NCBI GenBank assembly: GCA_050011835.1
Contig: JBEKII010000001.1
Location: forward strand, 238,262-276,720
Length of the DNA stretch: 38,459 bases
Source of the DNA: Minisyncoccia bacterium
GTDB taxonomy: Bacteria > Patescibacteriota > Minisyncoccia > Phycocordibacterales > Phycocordibacteraceae
Direction of reading: 5' to 3'
Positions 25,594 through 35,013 of the stretch are shown in pieces. The stretch's first letter is position 1. Each line of letters opens with the position of its first letter. The notes below the pieces were generated by a model. That model was given only the letters and a program-made list of their open reading frames with translations, ran no database searches and was not told where the DNA came from. The position numbers and the translations under genes were made by a program.

Positions 25594-26978
25594 GCGCCGA
25601 GCTGATTGATGTCCTGCTGGAACTGGGCGGCGAATTCCATTACGCCGTCGCCGTAGAAGGAGTAGGCAGGATTGCCGGCGTGCGCCCAGCCGGCAAAATA
25701 ACGCAAAGCCGCAAGCCGTTCATCGGAGGGCATTTGCGTCGCCGCTCCGTTGTCCGCCATAAGCATCGCGGTCGCCATGATTGCCGCTTGCGCATCCCAC
25801 GGATTGGAAATTGAGCCGGCGCCGAGCAGGGTGCGGACTCGGTCTTTATTCGCGGCATACTGCCACGGCCCTTGCCAAAACGAATTCGTCGCACCTGAAG
25901 GCGGCGTACAGCTACCAATATTCGTGTTCACAAATCCGCCATAGCAGACCCATGTTGAAGGGATAAATTGCCCCGGCCCCATCGCACCGCCCCAACCATA
26001 AGACGGTTTTTTGGAAACGGGCATTTTATCAGGGTCAAGGCCAAGCGCTTGCGTAATAAAAATGAAAACCGGTTGGTCGCGGGTCGGGCTCATATCAACT
26101 CGCCATGTGCCGGTGCCCAGGTTCTCGCCGAGGTCTGTTTCCTGCTTCAGCACGCCGAGCGTCACTGCCGCGCGAGTGCCCGTCGCCTTTTCGGCCGCTT
26201 CCGCATACGTGAGCGCCGTGCCAAAAGGAATCGCTGCAGTATCACGCAACATAAAGAGTTCGGAGCGAATTTGCGTCGCGGTCTTCTGGTTTGTAGCGAT
26301 AAGGTTCTGATAATTCGCTTCCACGCCCTTCGTCTCGGTGAGCAGCTGCTGCTTCTCGCTTTCCTGCGATTGGACCTGTTGCTTGGCGAGCTGAGCCACC
26401 GTCCGCAATTGTTCCTGTTCCGCGAGCCGCGCTTGGAGCGCTTCCTTTTCGGCCTCGGTGGAAGAACTCGTTTGCTGAATTTGGCTGAAAGAACTTGCGA
26501 GCGAACTTTTTATGGAAGTGAAAGCGTCAAGGTCGCTAAAAAAACCAGAAACATCTTGTGAACCGAGCGCAACACTGACGGCTGAGTAATCGTCAAGCAT
26601 TTGGGTTTGTCGCAATATCTGCGCGAGCGATTCCTGCTCCGCAGAAAGTTGCTCCGAGAGCAATGACAATGTCTGGTTGTGCGTCCCGATGTCGCCATTC
26701 AACTGCGTGATAGTGAGATTAATCGCCTCTATCTGAAGCTGGGTCTTCTTGATCTCCGCATTGAAAGCGTCTATCTGCGTCTGGAGCGTTTGGTGCTGGC
26801 CTTGTGCCGCGTCAAGTAATTGCTGTTGTACGGTAATCTGGCCTTCCAGCTGGTCCAACTGATTTTGGAGGTCTTGTTGCCGCTGCTCTACCGCCTGTGC
26901 GGCGCTCTGCGCGAACGTCGCGCATGGCACGAGGATAAGCAGCGCGCACCCGAAACCAAAAAAGAAAAACTGACGCAT
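25590..26978 (-). CDS. Secreted coiled-coil protein with a C-terminal lytic transglycosylase-like domain
   Basis: Signal peptide, PcsB/CwlO-like Gln-rich coiled coil, LKQETDLG, GGAMGPGQFIPSTW, NPWD...AI.A.A..A. Confidence 0.85.
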   Translation of the reverse strand: MRQFFFFGFGCALLILVPCATFAQSAAQAVEQRQQDLQNQLDQLEGQITVQQQLLDAAQGQHQTLQTQIDAFNAEIKKTQLQIEAINLTITQLNGDIGTHNQTLSLLSEQLSAEQESLAQILRQTQMLDDYSAVSVALGSQDVSGFFSDLDAFTSIKSSLASSFSQIQQTSSSTEAEKEALQARLAEQEQLRTVAQLAKQQVQSQESEKQQLLTETKGVEANYQNLIATNQKTATQIRSELFMLRDTAAIPFGTALTYAEAAEKATGTRAAVTLGVLKQETDLGENLGTGTWRVDMSPTRDQPVFIFITQALGLDPDKMPVSKKPSYGWGGAMGPGQFIPSTWVCYGGFVNTNIGSCTPPSGATNSFWQGPWQYAANKDRVRTLLGAGSISNPWDAQAAIMATAMLMADNGAATQMPSDERLAALRYFAGWAHAGNPAYSFYGDGVMEFAAQFQQDINQLGA

Positions 26979-27007
26979 TGTCAGATTATGTTAGCACGCG
27001 AAGCGCG

Positions 27008-27664
27008 CTATGCGTTTGGCGCGTTTGGCGTTGTTGATGTTTCTTCTGTTGTTTCCTCTTCTTTGCCCTTCTTTTCAACTTCAATTGAGGCAATATCCGC
27101 CGGCGCAACTGTCTCCTCTTTTTCTTCAACAACCTCTTGCACAAGTGCGATAACTTCTTCGGACGGGGTAATAAGCGCGACGCCGGCGGAAAGCACAATA
27201 TCTTTCGCATGAATGCGATCGCCAATCACCGCGAGAACGGAAACGTCAACTTCAACGTTATGCGGAAGATTCATCGGGTCCGCTTCCACATCAATTTCGT
27301 GCAACACTTTCACCAAATTCGCGCCTTGCTCTACTGCCGGGGATTCGCCGACAAAAACAATCGGAATGGCAACTTCAACTTTTTTGCCCTTGGTTACCGC
27401 ATAGAAATCAACATGGCGCGGCTGATTCGTTATCGGATCCAGGTCAACCTCGTGAATAAGCGTCGGGAACGGTTCGCCGAGGCCCGAAAGCGAGACAATG
27501 GTGGCCTCGCCGGCCTCCTGGAGTATTTTTTCAAATGTGTTCGCCGGTATGGCGATTGGTGTCGCCGCATGATGCGCGCCATATACAACCCCCGGAATGA
27601 ATCCAGCGCGGCGGAGAGCCGGGGCGTTGGTCTTATCGCGCTTTTTTACTGAGAGCGTAAGCAT
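27008..27664 (-). CDS. rplY: 50S ribosomal protein L25 / Ctc
   Basis: LRRAGFIPGVVYG, DPITNQPRHVDFY, a Ctc C-domain and an acidic tail. Confidence 0.95.
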   Translation of the reverse strand: MLTLSVKKRDKTNAPALRRAGFIPGVVYGAHHAATPIAIPANTFEKILQEAGEATIVSLSGLGEPFPTLIHEVDLDPITNQPRHVDFYAVTKGKKVEVAIPIVFVGESPAVEQGANLVKVLHEIDVEADPMNLPHNVEVDVSVLAVIGDRIHAKDIVLSAGVALITPSEEVIALVQEVVEEKEETVAPADIASIEVEKKGKEEETTEETSTTPNAPNA

Positions 27665-27706
27665 AACCGTTGAATATACGGGAAAACGAGAGAGAAAGCA
27701 ATTAAA

Positions 27707-28702
27707 TTATCCGAGTACGGCGGAGAGTTTGGAGAGGCGGACGAGAAAGGCCTCGCGGGCGGCAGGGACATTTTCTTCCTTTCCTCGCCACACTGAAAGC
27801 GCTTCTTCCTGAAGAGCGCGCGCGAAGGAGAACGAGAGCGTCCAAGGCGTCTCCCCGTTCGTCCGGGACAACCGACAAATTGCGGATAAATTATCGGTTG
27901 CCTGCTCCGGCGTCTGCCCGCCCGAGAGAAAAGTGACGCCCGCTATCTGGCGCGGAACGCTTTTCAACAATGCCGCAATCGTGTCATCGGCGACTTCTTC
28001 AGGCGTATCTTTTTTCCCGCTCGCATCTCCCGAAAGCGCCATGGAGGTTTTTAAGACGACGCTCGCGCGGTCAACACCGTGTTCTTCAAGCACCGAGAAA
28101 AGCGTCTGGAGCGTTTCTTCTATGACCGTTCGCGCACGCCCTCGGCTATGTTTCCCTTTAAACAGCACCTCCGGCTCAAGAACGGGGACGAGACCAGCCG
28201 TCTGCGATTCCTTCGCGTAACTCGCGAGGCGCTTTGCGTTCTCGTGAATCGCTTGCGCCGAGGGCAATTGGTCGCCGTCAATGCGAAAGACCGCGCGCCA
28301 TTTGGTGAAGACGGCGCCCTGTTTCTTGTATCCAGAAAGTCGCTCGAAAAGGTCAAAAAGACCTTGTGTAATGAGTTCGTTCGGGCTTGAAGGAAATGGC
28401 TCAGTGCCGAGGTCAACCTTCACTCCCGGCGCAATACCCCGCGCGATGAGCGAACGAGAAAATAATTTTTTATTATTTCCCTTCTCCGCAAGCGTTTCGG
28501 GGAAAAGGATGACACCCGAGAGATACTGCTCAATACCTTTAGTACCGATAAAAAGGTCGCGATAGCGCCGGCGCATTTCCGCACTCGTGGGAATGCCATA
28601 GGACGCGAGGCGCGTTGTCGCGGTATGCACGCTCTCGTCCGCGGCGAGAATGCCCTTCCCGGGCGCGAAAAGTGAGCGCGCAATGGCGACGAGGTCGGTC
28701 AT
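27707..28702 (-). CDS. fba: Fructose-bisphosphate aldolase class I
   Basis: GKGILAADES, GVKVDLG, FTKWRAV, VPVLEPEVL, VLKTSM (Schiff-base Lys), FLSGGQ, FSFARALQ. ATG lies 6 nt after TGCTACCAT. Confidence 0.93.
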   Translation of the reverse strand: MTDLVAIARSLFAPGKGILAADESVHTATTRLASYGIPTSAEMRRRYRDLFIGTKGIEQYLSGVILFPETLAEKGNNKKLFSRSLIARGIAPGVKVDLGTEPFPSSPNELITQGLFDLFERLSGYKKQGAVFTKWRAVFRIDGDQLPSAQAIHENAKRLASYAKESQTAGLVPVLEPEVLFKGKHSRGRARTVIEETLQTLFSVLEEHGVDRASVVLKTSMALSGDASGKKDTPEEVADDTIAALLKSVPRQIAGVTFLSGGQTPEQATDNLSAICRLSRTNGETPWTLSFSFARALQEEALSVWRGKEENVPAAREAFLVRLSKLSAVLG

Positions 28703-28756
28703 ATTTTTATGGTAGCACGCGAGAAAGACGACTTCCGCGTGTGGTACACTTTTTTT

Positions 28757-29740
28757 ATGGACTTCATCGCTATCGGCGATACGACCGTCGACGAGTTTAT
28801 ACGGCTCAAAGAAGCGCATATCACGTGCGACATCAACAACGAGAATTGCACCATCTCAATGAAATGGGGCGATAAAATCCCTTACGACTTTTCCGTTCTC
28901 GTGCCGGGTGTCGGCAATGCGGCGAACGCCGCGGTCGCCGCGGCGCGCCTCGGCCTCCGTACCGGATTTATTTCAAATGTGGGCAAAGACCGTTCCGGAG
29001 AGAACATTCTCGCGTCGTTCGCGCGCGAGGACGTTGATACGACACATATCGTCATCAACGACGGCATCCCGACAAACCATCACTATGTGCTGTGGTATGG
29101 AGCCGAACGCTCTATTCTTATCAAGCACGAAACGTATCCGTATGCGATGCCGAGAGAGTTTACGGCGCCGAAGTGGATATATCTTTCTTCACTCGGCGAA
29201 CAATCAGGACCGTTCCATGCTGAACTCGCGAAATGGCTTGTCGCGCATCCGGAAACGAAAATGGCCTTTCAACCGGGCACATTCCAGATGGAGATGGGAA
29301 AGAAAAAACTTGCGTTGCTCTATGCCCATACTGAACTGGTTGCGTGTAATAAGGAAGAGGCCGAACGCATCCTTGAAATCGGCGAAACGGATATGCGAGA
29401 ACTTTTAAAAAAGATGCGCGCGCTGGGGCCGAAGATTGTGCTCGTCACGGACGGCCCGAACGGCGCATACGCATTTGACGGCGACGAGAGGCTGAAGGTT
29501 CCTATGTATCCGGACCCGAAGCCGCCATTGGACCGCACCGGCGCAGGCGATGCTTCTACTTCATCGGTCGTCGCCGCTCTTGCGCTCGGCAAGTCACTCG
29601 CCGAAGCGCTTCTCTGGGGACCGGTGAACGCGATGTCAGTTGTGCAAGAAATCGGGGCTCAGAAAGGCCTCCTCACACGTCCAGCGCTTGAAAAATTGCT
29701 CGCCGAAGCGCCGGCGAATTATCAAGTTGAGTCGTTTTAG
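28757..29740 (+). CDS. PfkB/ribokinase-family carbohydrate kinase
   Basis: AIGD...D, GVGNAANAAVAAARLGL, N.EEA, VTDGPNGA, DRTGAGDA. ATG lies 6 nt after TGGTACACT. Confidence 0.92.
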   Translation: MDFIAIGDTTVDEFIRLKEAHITCDINNENCTISMKWGDKIPYDFSVLVPGVGNAANAAVAAARLGLRTGFISNVGKDRSGENILASFAREDVDTTHIVINDGIPTNHHYVLWYGAERSILIKHETYPYAMPREFTAPKWIYLSSLGEQSGPFHAELAKWLVAHPETKMAFQPGTFQMEMGKKKLALLYAHTELVACNKEEAERILEIGETDMRELLKKMRALGPKIVLVTDGPNGAYAFDGDERLKVPMYPDPKPPLDRTGAGDASTSSVVAALALGKSLAEALLWGPVNAMSVVQEIGAQKGLLTRPALEKLLAEAPANYQVESF

Positions 29741-29744
29741 AATA

Positions 29745-29915
29745 CTATTTCGGACTCGGAATCAATTGTTGAAGCGAGGAGTAATTCGCTTCACTGCTGT
29801 TCATGGTAATGACGAAATTGTTTGAATACGCGACACGAATGATGAGGAATGCTGCTACCGCTCCTTCAATAGTAATGAGCAGTATGGCGAGATAGGAATT
29901 TATTTTATCTTTCAT
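29745..29915 (-). CDS. Small membrane protein (56 aa)
   Basis: MKDKINSYLAILLITIEGAVAAFLII; fills the gap exactly; ATG lies 6 nt after TATAGT. Confidence 0.6.
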   Translation of the reverse strand: MKDKINSYLAILLITIEGAVAAFLIIRVAYSNNFVITMNSSEANYSSLQQLIPSPK

Positions 29916-29922
29916 ATATGCA

Positions 29923-30924
29923 CTATAAGGAACGCGCAAGCTTGCGTACGGCTTCCCTGATGCGCGGGGCATCAAGCCCATAGTATGCCAGCAATTCGTG
30001 CGGTTCGCCCGATTGGCCGAATTGATCGTTAACGCCAACCCTTCGCATTAGCATCGGATGATGCTCCGCGAGAAATTCTGCAACGGCGCTCCCGAAGCCG
30101 CCCGCGATTTGATGCTCTTCAACTGTAACGATGCAATCCGTGCGTTGCACGACCTCCGACACTGCTTCGATATCAAGGGGTTTAACCGTGGGAATATGTA
30201 AAACGACAGACCCGATGCCATCATCGGAAAGCGCGCGGGCTGCTGTCAAGGCCGCATAGCTTAATGACCCGGTTGAGAAAATTGCGACGCGCGGTTCGCC
30301 ATCTGACGAATGTGATTCCCAAAGAATGAGCGCCTTCCCTATCTGAAACGGCGTCTCTGGAGTGGTAAAAATCGGTGTTGTTGAGCGGCCAAAACGAATG
30401 TATACCGGGCCATCGGTCTTCGCCGCGACGATAACCGCCTTTCGCGTTTCCTCCGCGTCGCCGGGAACAAGCACCGTCATACGAGGAAGCATGCGCATCA
30501 TTCCGATATCCTCCAGCATCTGATGCGTTGCGCCGTCGGCGCCGACCGAAATGCCCGCATGCATGCCGCATATCTTGACCGGCACGTTGTTCAGCGCAAT
30601 GGTTGTGCGAATCTGCTCGTAATTTCGGCCCGGAGAAAATATCGCGTAGGACGCGATAAAGGGAATTTTTCCCGCGGCCGCCATGCCAGCCGCGACTGTC
30701 ACCATGTTCTGCTCGGCAACGCCCATTTCAATAAAACGCTCGGGAAATTCTTTTTCAAATTCTTCTGCACGCGTCGAATCCTTCACATCGGCGCAGAGCA
30801 CGACAACACGCGAATCCGCTTTCCCCGCTTCTACGACGCCGCGCCCAAAGCCATCGCGCGTTGACGCTCTTTCAACATCGTCCGAGAACACTTTCGCTGA
30901 AAGTTTTGCGTCAGAGTTAAGCAT
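29923..30924 (-). CDS. Transketolase, C-terminal subunit
   Basis: TRDGFG, FIEMGVAEQNM, DGATHQ..ED, GPVYIRFGR, VEEHQ..GGFGSAVAE. Confidence 0.93.
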   Translation of the reverse strand: MLNSDAKLSAKVFSDDVERASTRDGFGRGVVEAGKADSRVVVLCADVKDSTRAEEFEKEFPERFIEMGVAEQNMVTVAAGMAAAGKIPFIASYAIFSPGRNYEQIRTTIALNNVPVKICGMHAGISVGADGATHQMLEDIGMMRMLPRMTVLVPGDAEETRKAVIVAAKTDGPVYIRFGRSTTPIFTTPETPFQIGKALILWESHSSDGEPRVAIFSTGSLSYAALTAARALSDDGIGSVVLHIPTVKPLDIEAVSEVVQRTDCIVTVEEHQIAGGFGSAVAEFLAEHHPMLMRRVGVNDQFGQSGEPHELLAYYGLDAPRIREAVRKLARSL

Positions 30925-31774
30925 ATTCACCAGCTACTCTCCCGCCCATAGTGCGAATTTCTTTGAGAAAACGCTTTCCCTCCTCTTTTGAGGGCGGCTT
31001 ACCGTGCCAGTGATAATCATATTCAATTTCCGGCACGCCCTTGCCCGGAATGGTGTGCGCAATGATAAGCGTCGGCTTCTCACGAACGGCCTTCGCTTCG
31101 TTTATCGCCGTAACAAAAGCAGGAATATCATTGCCATTCACTTCAAGCACGTGCCAATTGAATGCGTGATACTTCTCCGCAATCGGCTCAAGCGGCATGA
31201 CATCTTCCGTCATACCGTCAATTTGAATATTATTACGGTCCATGACCGCTATCAGGTTTGAGAGCTTATTTTTTCCGATAAACATCGCCGCTTCCCACGT
31301 ATTCCCTTCATCCTGTTCGCCGTCGCTCATCACGCAATACACGTGCTGTTTTTTATCATCCATCTGAAAGGCATATGCGATACCGGCGGCCTGTGAAAGG
31401 CCTTCACCGAGAGGTCCCGAGGTCGTTTCAAGGCCCGGCAACCGCAAACGTTCCGGATGCCCCTGAAGCCTGCTGCCGAACTTCCGGAGCGTGAGACATT
31501 CTTCAACAGGGAAATAACCTGCATGCGCCATTGCCGCATAACGCACCGGACAAATGTGGCCGTTGCTAAGAATGAGCCGGTCACGCTCTTCCCATTCGGG
31601 ATTTTTCGAGTCATGGTTGAGAATATGAAAATAAAATGCGGCAAAAATATCCGCCATGCCGAGCGAACCGGCTGTGTGTCCGCTTCCCGCGGCAACGAGC
31701 ATGCGAATTACCGTTTCGCGAATTAATTCCGCTTTTTTCTCAAGTCCTGCGGCTTCTTCATCCGTGAGCGCCAT
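30917..31774 (-). CDS. Transketolase, N-terminal (TPP-binding) subunit
   Basis: SGH..GSLG, RDRLILSNGH, LQGHP, SDGEQDEG..WEA, DRNNIQIDG, TIPGKG. Confidence 0.94.
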   Translation of the reverse strand: MALTDEEAAGLEKKAELIRETVIRMLVAAGSGHTAGSLGMADIFAAFYFHILNHDSKNPEWEERDRLILSNGHICPVRYAAMAHAGYFPVEECLTLRKFGSRLQGHPERLRLPGLETTSGPLGEGLSQAAGIAYAFQMDDKKQHVYCVMSDGEQDEGNTWEAAMFIGKNKLSNLIAVMDRNNIQIDGMTEDVMPLEPIAEKYHAFNWHVLEVNGNDIPAFVTAINEAKAVREKPTLIIAHTIPGKGVPEIEYDYHWHGKPPSKEEGKRFLKEIRTMGGRVAGEYA

Positions 31775-31788
31775 TAACCCATTATAAC

Positions 31789-32502
31789 CTAAGCGCTGTA
31801 CGAACTTCGGAGTTCTTCAAATTCTGCAACGACAGTGGCGGGATCACCAGCACGCATGAGCGCAGAACCAATGATGAAATTTGATACGCCGAGCGCGACG
31901 AGTTTTTTTGCATTTTCAAGCGAGATACCGCCGTCAACTTGCAGAGGGATTTCAGGATGGCGGCCGTGAAATATTCGGACCTTTTCAAAGACACGTTGGT
32001 CGAAGGGCTGTCCCTGTCTTCCGATGTGCGCGATGCCCATAAATTGTACGTATTCAATTTCGCGCAGACAAGGCTCAATGAGCGCAAGGTCTGTCGCGAT
32101 ATTAAGCGAGAGGCCGAAGGAGATGAGGGAGGTGAACCCGCCGGCGCCATAACGCTTTCGCACAGACGCGAGAAGCAGTGACACATTGGTCACGCTCTCG
32201 CTATGAAAGGTGAGGCGCGATGCGCCGAGCGCGAGCCATGCTAATGCGGCGCGTTCGGCATCAAAGCACATAAGGTCAATTTCATATTCAAAACGATTAA
32301 GATGCGGGAGCATGTCGCCGCGTTTGACCATGTCGCGCAATTCTGCGGGGTTAGTATACGGCCATGACGCGGGCGAAGCGAACTTTCCATCAACGACATC
32401 AATCTGTACCCGATTGACTGAAGAGATTCGAGAAAAGGGTTCAAATCCTTCCTCAAGCTTTTGTTTGGAGGAAGGAAGCACCGCCGGAACAACAAGGCCC
32501 AT
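31789..32502 (-). CDS. rpe: Ribulose-phosphate 3-epimerase family protein
   Basis: QIDVVDGKF, EIDLM, TFH.E, FMGI...GRQGQPF, QVDGG, IGSA; pentose-phosphate gene context. Confidence 0.85.
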   Translation of the reverse strand: MGLVVPAVLPSSKQKLEEGFEPFSRISSVNRVQIDVVDGKFASPASWPYTNPAELRDMVKRGDMLPHLNRFEYEIDLMCFDAERAALAWLALGASRLTFHSESVTNVSLLLASVRKRYGAGGFTSLISFGLSLNIATDLALIEPCLREIEYVQFMGIAHIGRQGQPFDQRVFEKVRIFHGRHPEIPLQVDGGISLENAKKLVALGVSNFIIGSALMRAGDPATVVAEFEELRSSYSA

Positions 32503-32512
32503 ACAAAATATT

Positions 32513-32785
32513 CTACTGCGTAACAGAACGGGGATTCATTCCCGGTGCGTTAAGCATACGCTGTTGTTCCTCTGGTGTCATTTTGGGCGGCGAACTCCGC
32601 ATGAACGACGGTACGAGAAAGGCGAGAATAATTGCACATAGTGCAATTCCCAACAAAACATAATTCGCCCGTGCGTCGGTGGAGACAATTTTAGTGGCAA
32701 GCACGAGCCGGATAAAAAACGGTTTCTGCTCGGTTTGCACCGGGCGCTGATACTGCTGTTCTTCGTCAAATTGGATATCCGCCAT
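32513..32785 (-). CDS. Small single-pass membrane protein
   Basis: MADIQFDEEQQY...ANYVLLGIALCAIILAFLV; fills the gap between the pilin and rpe. Confidence 0.7.
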   Translation of the reverse strand: MADIQFDEEQQYQRPVQTEQKPFFIRLVLATKIVSTDARANYVLLGIALCAIILAFLVPSFMRSSPPKMTPEEQQRMLNAPGMNPRSVTQ

Positions 32786-32795
32786 GGGTTCTCGT

Positions 32796-33308
32796 TCAGA
32801 GTTGCAGGAGGCATAAACTACAATTTGCTGATCCAAAATAAGAATAAAAGACGCCTGGTCCGCAATCTTGAGTACCTGTCGGTTCAAGTAAATATTCAAT
32901 GTAGTAAGCCGGAGAAAATGGTGGTGACGGGTATTGCCAACTTGTCGGAGTAAGATATACAAATCCGCCACTTGAACAATTATTGCTGGGGTCTGTCGGC
33001 TCCCTTATATAAGGCGCGAGATAATTATTATAAATAGTCTGGTCCGAATATCCGTTCCATCCTCCCGTACAAGTTGTCGTAAGACAAGAAAATACCGAGG
33101 AACTGGGGTCCGTGCCGCCGCTCAGCGCCAGATTAAACGCGGTCCGAAGCTGGTCTATTTCAGAAATCCGTTCAGCGTTTCTCGCCTTTACGCGCGCGGT
33201 ATTTAAAGAAGCAAGCACGATGGACGAGAGCAGACCGATAATGGCGATGACGACCAAAAGCTCTATCAGAGTAAATCCGCGTGATTTTAATTTATGGGTG
33301 GGATTCAT
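32796..33308 (-). CDS. Type IV pilin-like protein
   Basis: Class III signal RG|FTLIELLVVIAIIGLLSSIVLASL..AR.KAR; six Cys in the variable domain; ATGA overlap with the upstream gene. Confidence 0.92.
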   Translation of the reverse strand: MNPTHKLKSRGFTLIELLVVIAIIGLLSSIVLASLNTARVKARNAERISEIDQLRTAFNLALSGGTDPSSSVFSCLTTTCTGGWNGYSDQTIYNNYLAPYIREPTDPSNNCSSGGFVYLTPTSWQYPSPPFSPAYYIEYLLEPTGTQDCGPGVFYSYFGSANCSLCLLQL

Positions 33309-33550
33309 GGCCATGTTGAAGTTGAGGAAGCGGCGGCGCTTTTAGATTGAATTCCTGGCGGATACACCCTAAGCACGGAAGACTGCGAAGAGAAAGTCAT
33401 CTGGAAATTTGGCATGAACAATACGAAATAAGTAACGGTGAGGGTAACGATGATAATGGCGACGCCGTAGATGATTCCCATGCGTCTGTGGTCAGCGTGA
33501 AGGCGATGAAGACGTTTAATGATTTCATCTTTGTCTGCAGCAGGTTCCAT
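33305..33550 (-). CDS. Small single-pass membrane protein
   Basis: 81 aa with one TM helix; its stop overlaps the pilin start. Confidence 0.65.
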   Translation of the reverse strand: MEPAADKDEIIKRLHRLHADHRRMGIIYGVAIIIVTLTVTYFVLFMPNFQMTFSSQSSVLRVYPPGIQSKSAAASSTSTWP

Positions 33551-33569
33551 ACACTTTAATTAAAATATT

Positions 33570-34016
33570 CTAGAACTTTGCGAGGCGGCGCGCATGGCGC
33601 GCCGAAGAGGAAAAGGGCGTTTCAAGAAATTGCTTTACCGCTTCCTTCGCTTCTTTAAGCGCGATGAATCCAGCGCCGAGCGAGAGAATGTTCGCATCAT
33701 TGTGTTCGCGCACAAGTCGGACAATTTCTAGAGAACCGCCATAAAAGACTGCAGCCCGAATATTCGGAATCCGGTTCGCGCACATCGCCTCTCCCTCGCC
33801 CGATTTACCAAGAAAGATGCCGCGCGCTCCGTTAGCTGATGGGTCTCTTGCGACTTTCTGTGCGCACGGCGTCACAAAATCGGGATAATCGTCTTCGGGG
33901 TTAAACGTGTGCGCGCCAGAATCTTCAACCGCATAGCCAAGTTCACCGACATAAGCGATGAGTTCTTCTTTTAATTTAAACCCGGCGTGGTCACTGGCGA
34001 AATAAACTTTAGGCAT
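33570..34016 (-). CDS. rpiB: Ribose-5-phosphate isomerase B (RpiB/LacAB family)
   Basis: ASDHAGFKLK, DDYPD, SGEGEAM.AN, REHNDANILSLG, RHARRLAK. Confidence 0.93.
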   Translation of the reverse strand: MPKVYFASDHAGFKLKEELIAYVGELGYAVEDSGAHTFNPEDDYPDFVTPCAQKVARDPSANGARGIFLGKSGEGEAMCANRIPNIRAAVFYGGSLEIVRLVREHNDANILSLGAGFIALKEAKEAVKQFLETPFSSSARHARRLAKF

Positions 34017-35013
34017 TGCCGGCGGCGATAACGTGGCGCACGAGCGACTCCGTGTATCCCATTTCATTATCATACCAGGCAAGAACCTTCACGAGATTTC
34101 CATCCACTACGCGCGTCATGCCAAGATCACCGATAGAAGCATAGGGTTCGCCAACAATGTCGCTTGAGACGAGTTCTTCATCGGTTGTTTTAAAAATGCC
34201 TGCCCAGCGCGGCTTTGGGGCGGCGCTGCGCAATGCGTCATTCACTTCTTCAGCGGTCGTCGGGCGTTTTGAAATAAAAGTAATGTCTGCAATAGACCCC
34301 GCTGCGACCGGCACGCGAAGCGAGATGCCGTCAAATTTCCCGACGAGCGATTCGTAGACCTGCGACACCGCCTTCGCCGCGCCAGTTGACGTTGGCACGA
34401 TATTTTGCGCTGCCGCTCTTCCCTCTTTCATATTTTTTCTTGACGGGCCGTCAACAACTAACTGGCTCGCCGTATACGCGTGCGTCGTGGAGAGTATCGC
34501 CTTTTCAATGCCGATGGCTTCGTCAAGAATAGCGATGACTGGGCTCGCGGCGTTCGTCGTACACGAAGCGTTGGAAGAAATCTGACATGTTGAAAATTTT
34601 TCTTCATTGATGCCCATAAGTATTGTCACGCCGCCATCGCCCTTGGCGGGCGCGGTAATGACCACGCGTCTTGCGCCGGCATCAATGTGTGCTTGCGCTT
34701 TCTCATATTCGGTAAAAAATCCCGTTGATTCAACGACGACGTCAACGTCGAGGTCTTTCCATGGCAATTTCGCGGGGTCCTTTTCAGAAAAGAATTTCAC
34801 TTCTTTGCCGTCAATGAAAAGCGCGTTATTTTTTGTCCCGACTTCAAAAGGCGCACGACCGTACACTGTATCGTATTTCAAAAGATATGCGAGATTCTCG
34901 AGTGAGCCAAGATCGTTCACAGCGATGATTTCAATGTTGCGACCCTGCGAGCGCCGCGCAAATGCGCGCCCGATTCTCCCAAAACCATTAATAGTGACTC
35001 GAATGTTTTTCAT
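34009..35013 (-). CDS. gap: Type I glyceraldehyde-3-phosphate dehydrogenase
   Basis: INGFGRIGR, VESTG.F, SNASCTTN, PTSTGAAKA, WYDNEMGY. Confidence 0.97.
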   Translation of the reverse strand: MKNIRVTINGFGRIGRAFARRSQGRNIEIIAVNDLGSLENLAYLLKYDTVYGRAPFEVGTKNNALFIDGKEVKFFSEKDPAKLPWKDLDVDVVVESTGFFTEYEKAQAHIDAGARRVVITAPAKGDGGVTILMGINEEKFSTCQISSNASCTTNAASPVIAILDEAIGIEKAILSTTHAYTASQLVVDGPSRKNMKEGRAAAQNIVPTSTGAAKAVSQVYESLVGKFDGISLRVPVAAGSIADITFISKRPTTAEEVNDALRSAAPKPRWAGIFKTTDEELVSSDIVGEPYASIGDLGMTRVVDGNLVKVLAWYDNEMGYTESLVRHVIAAGNA

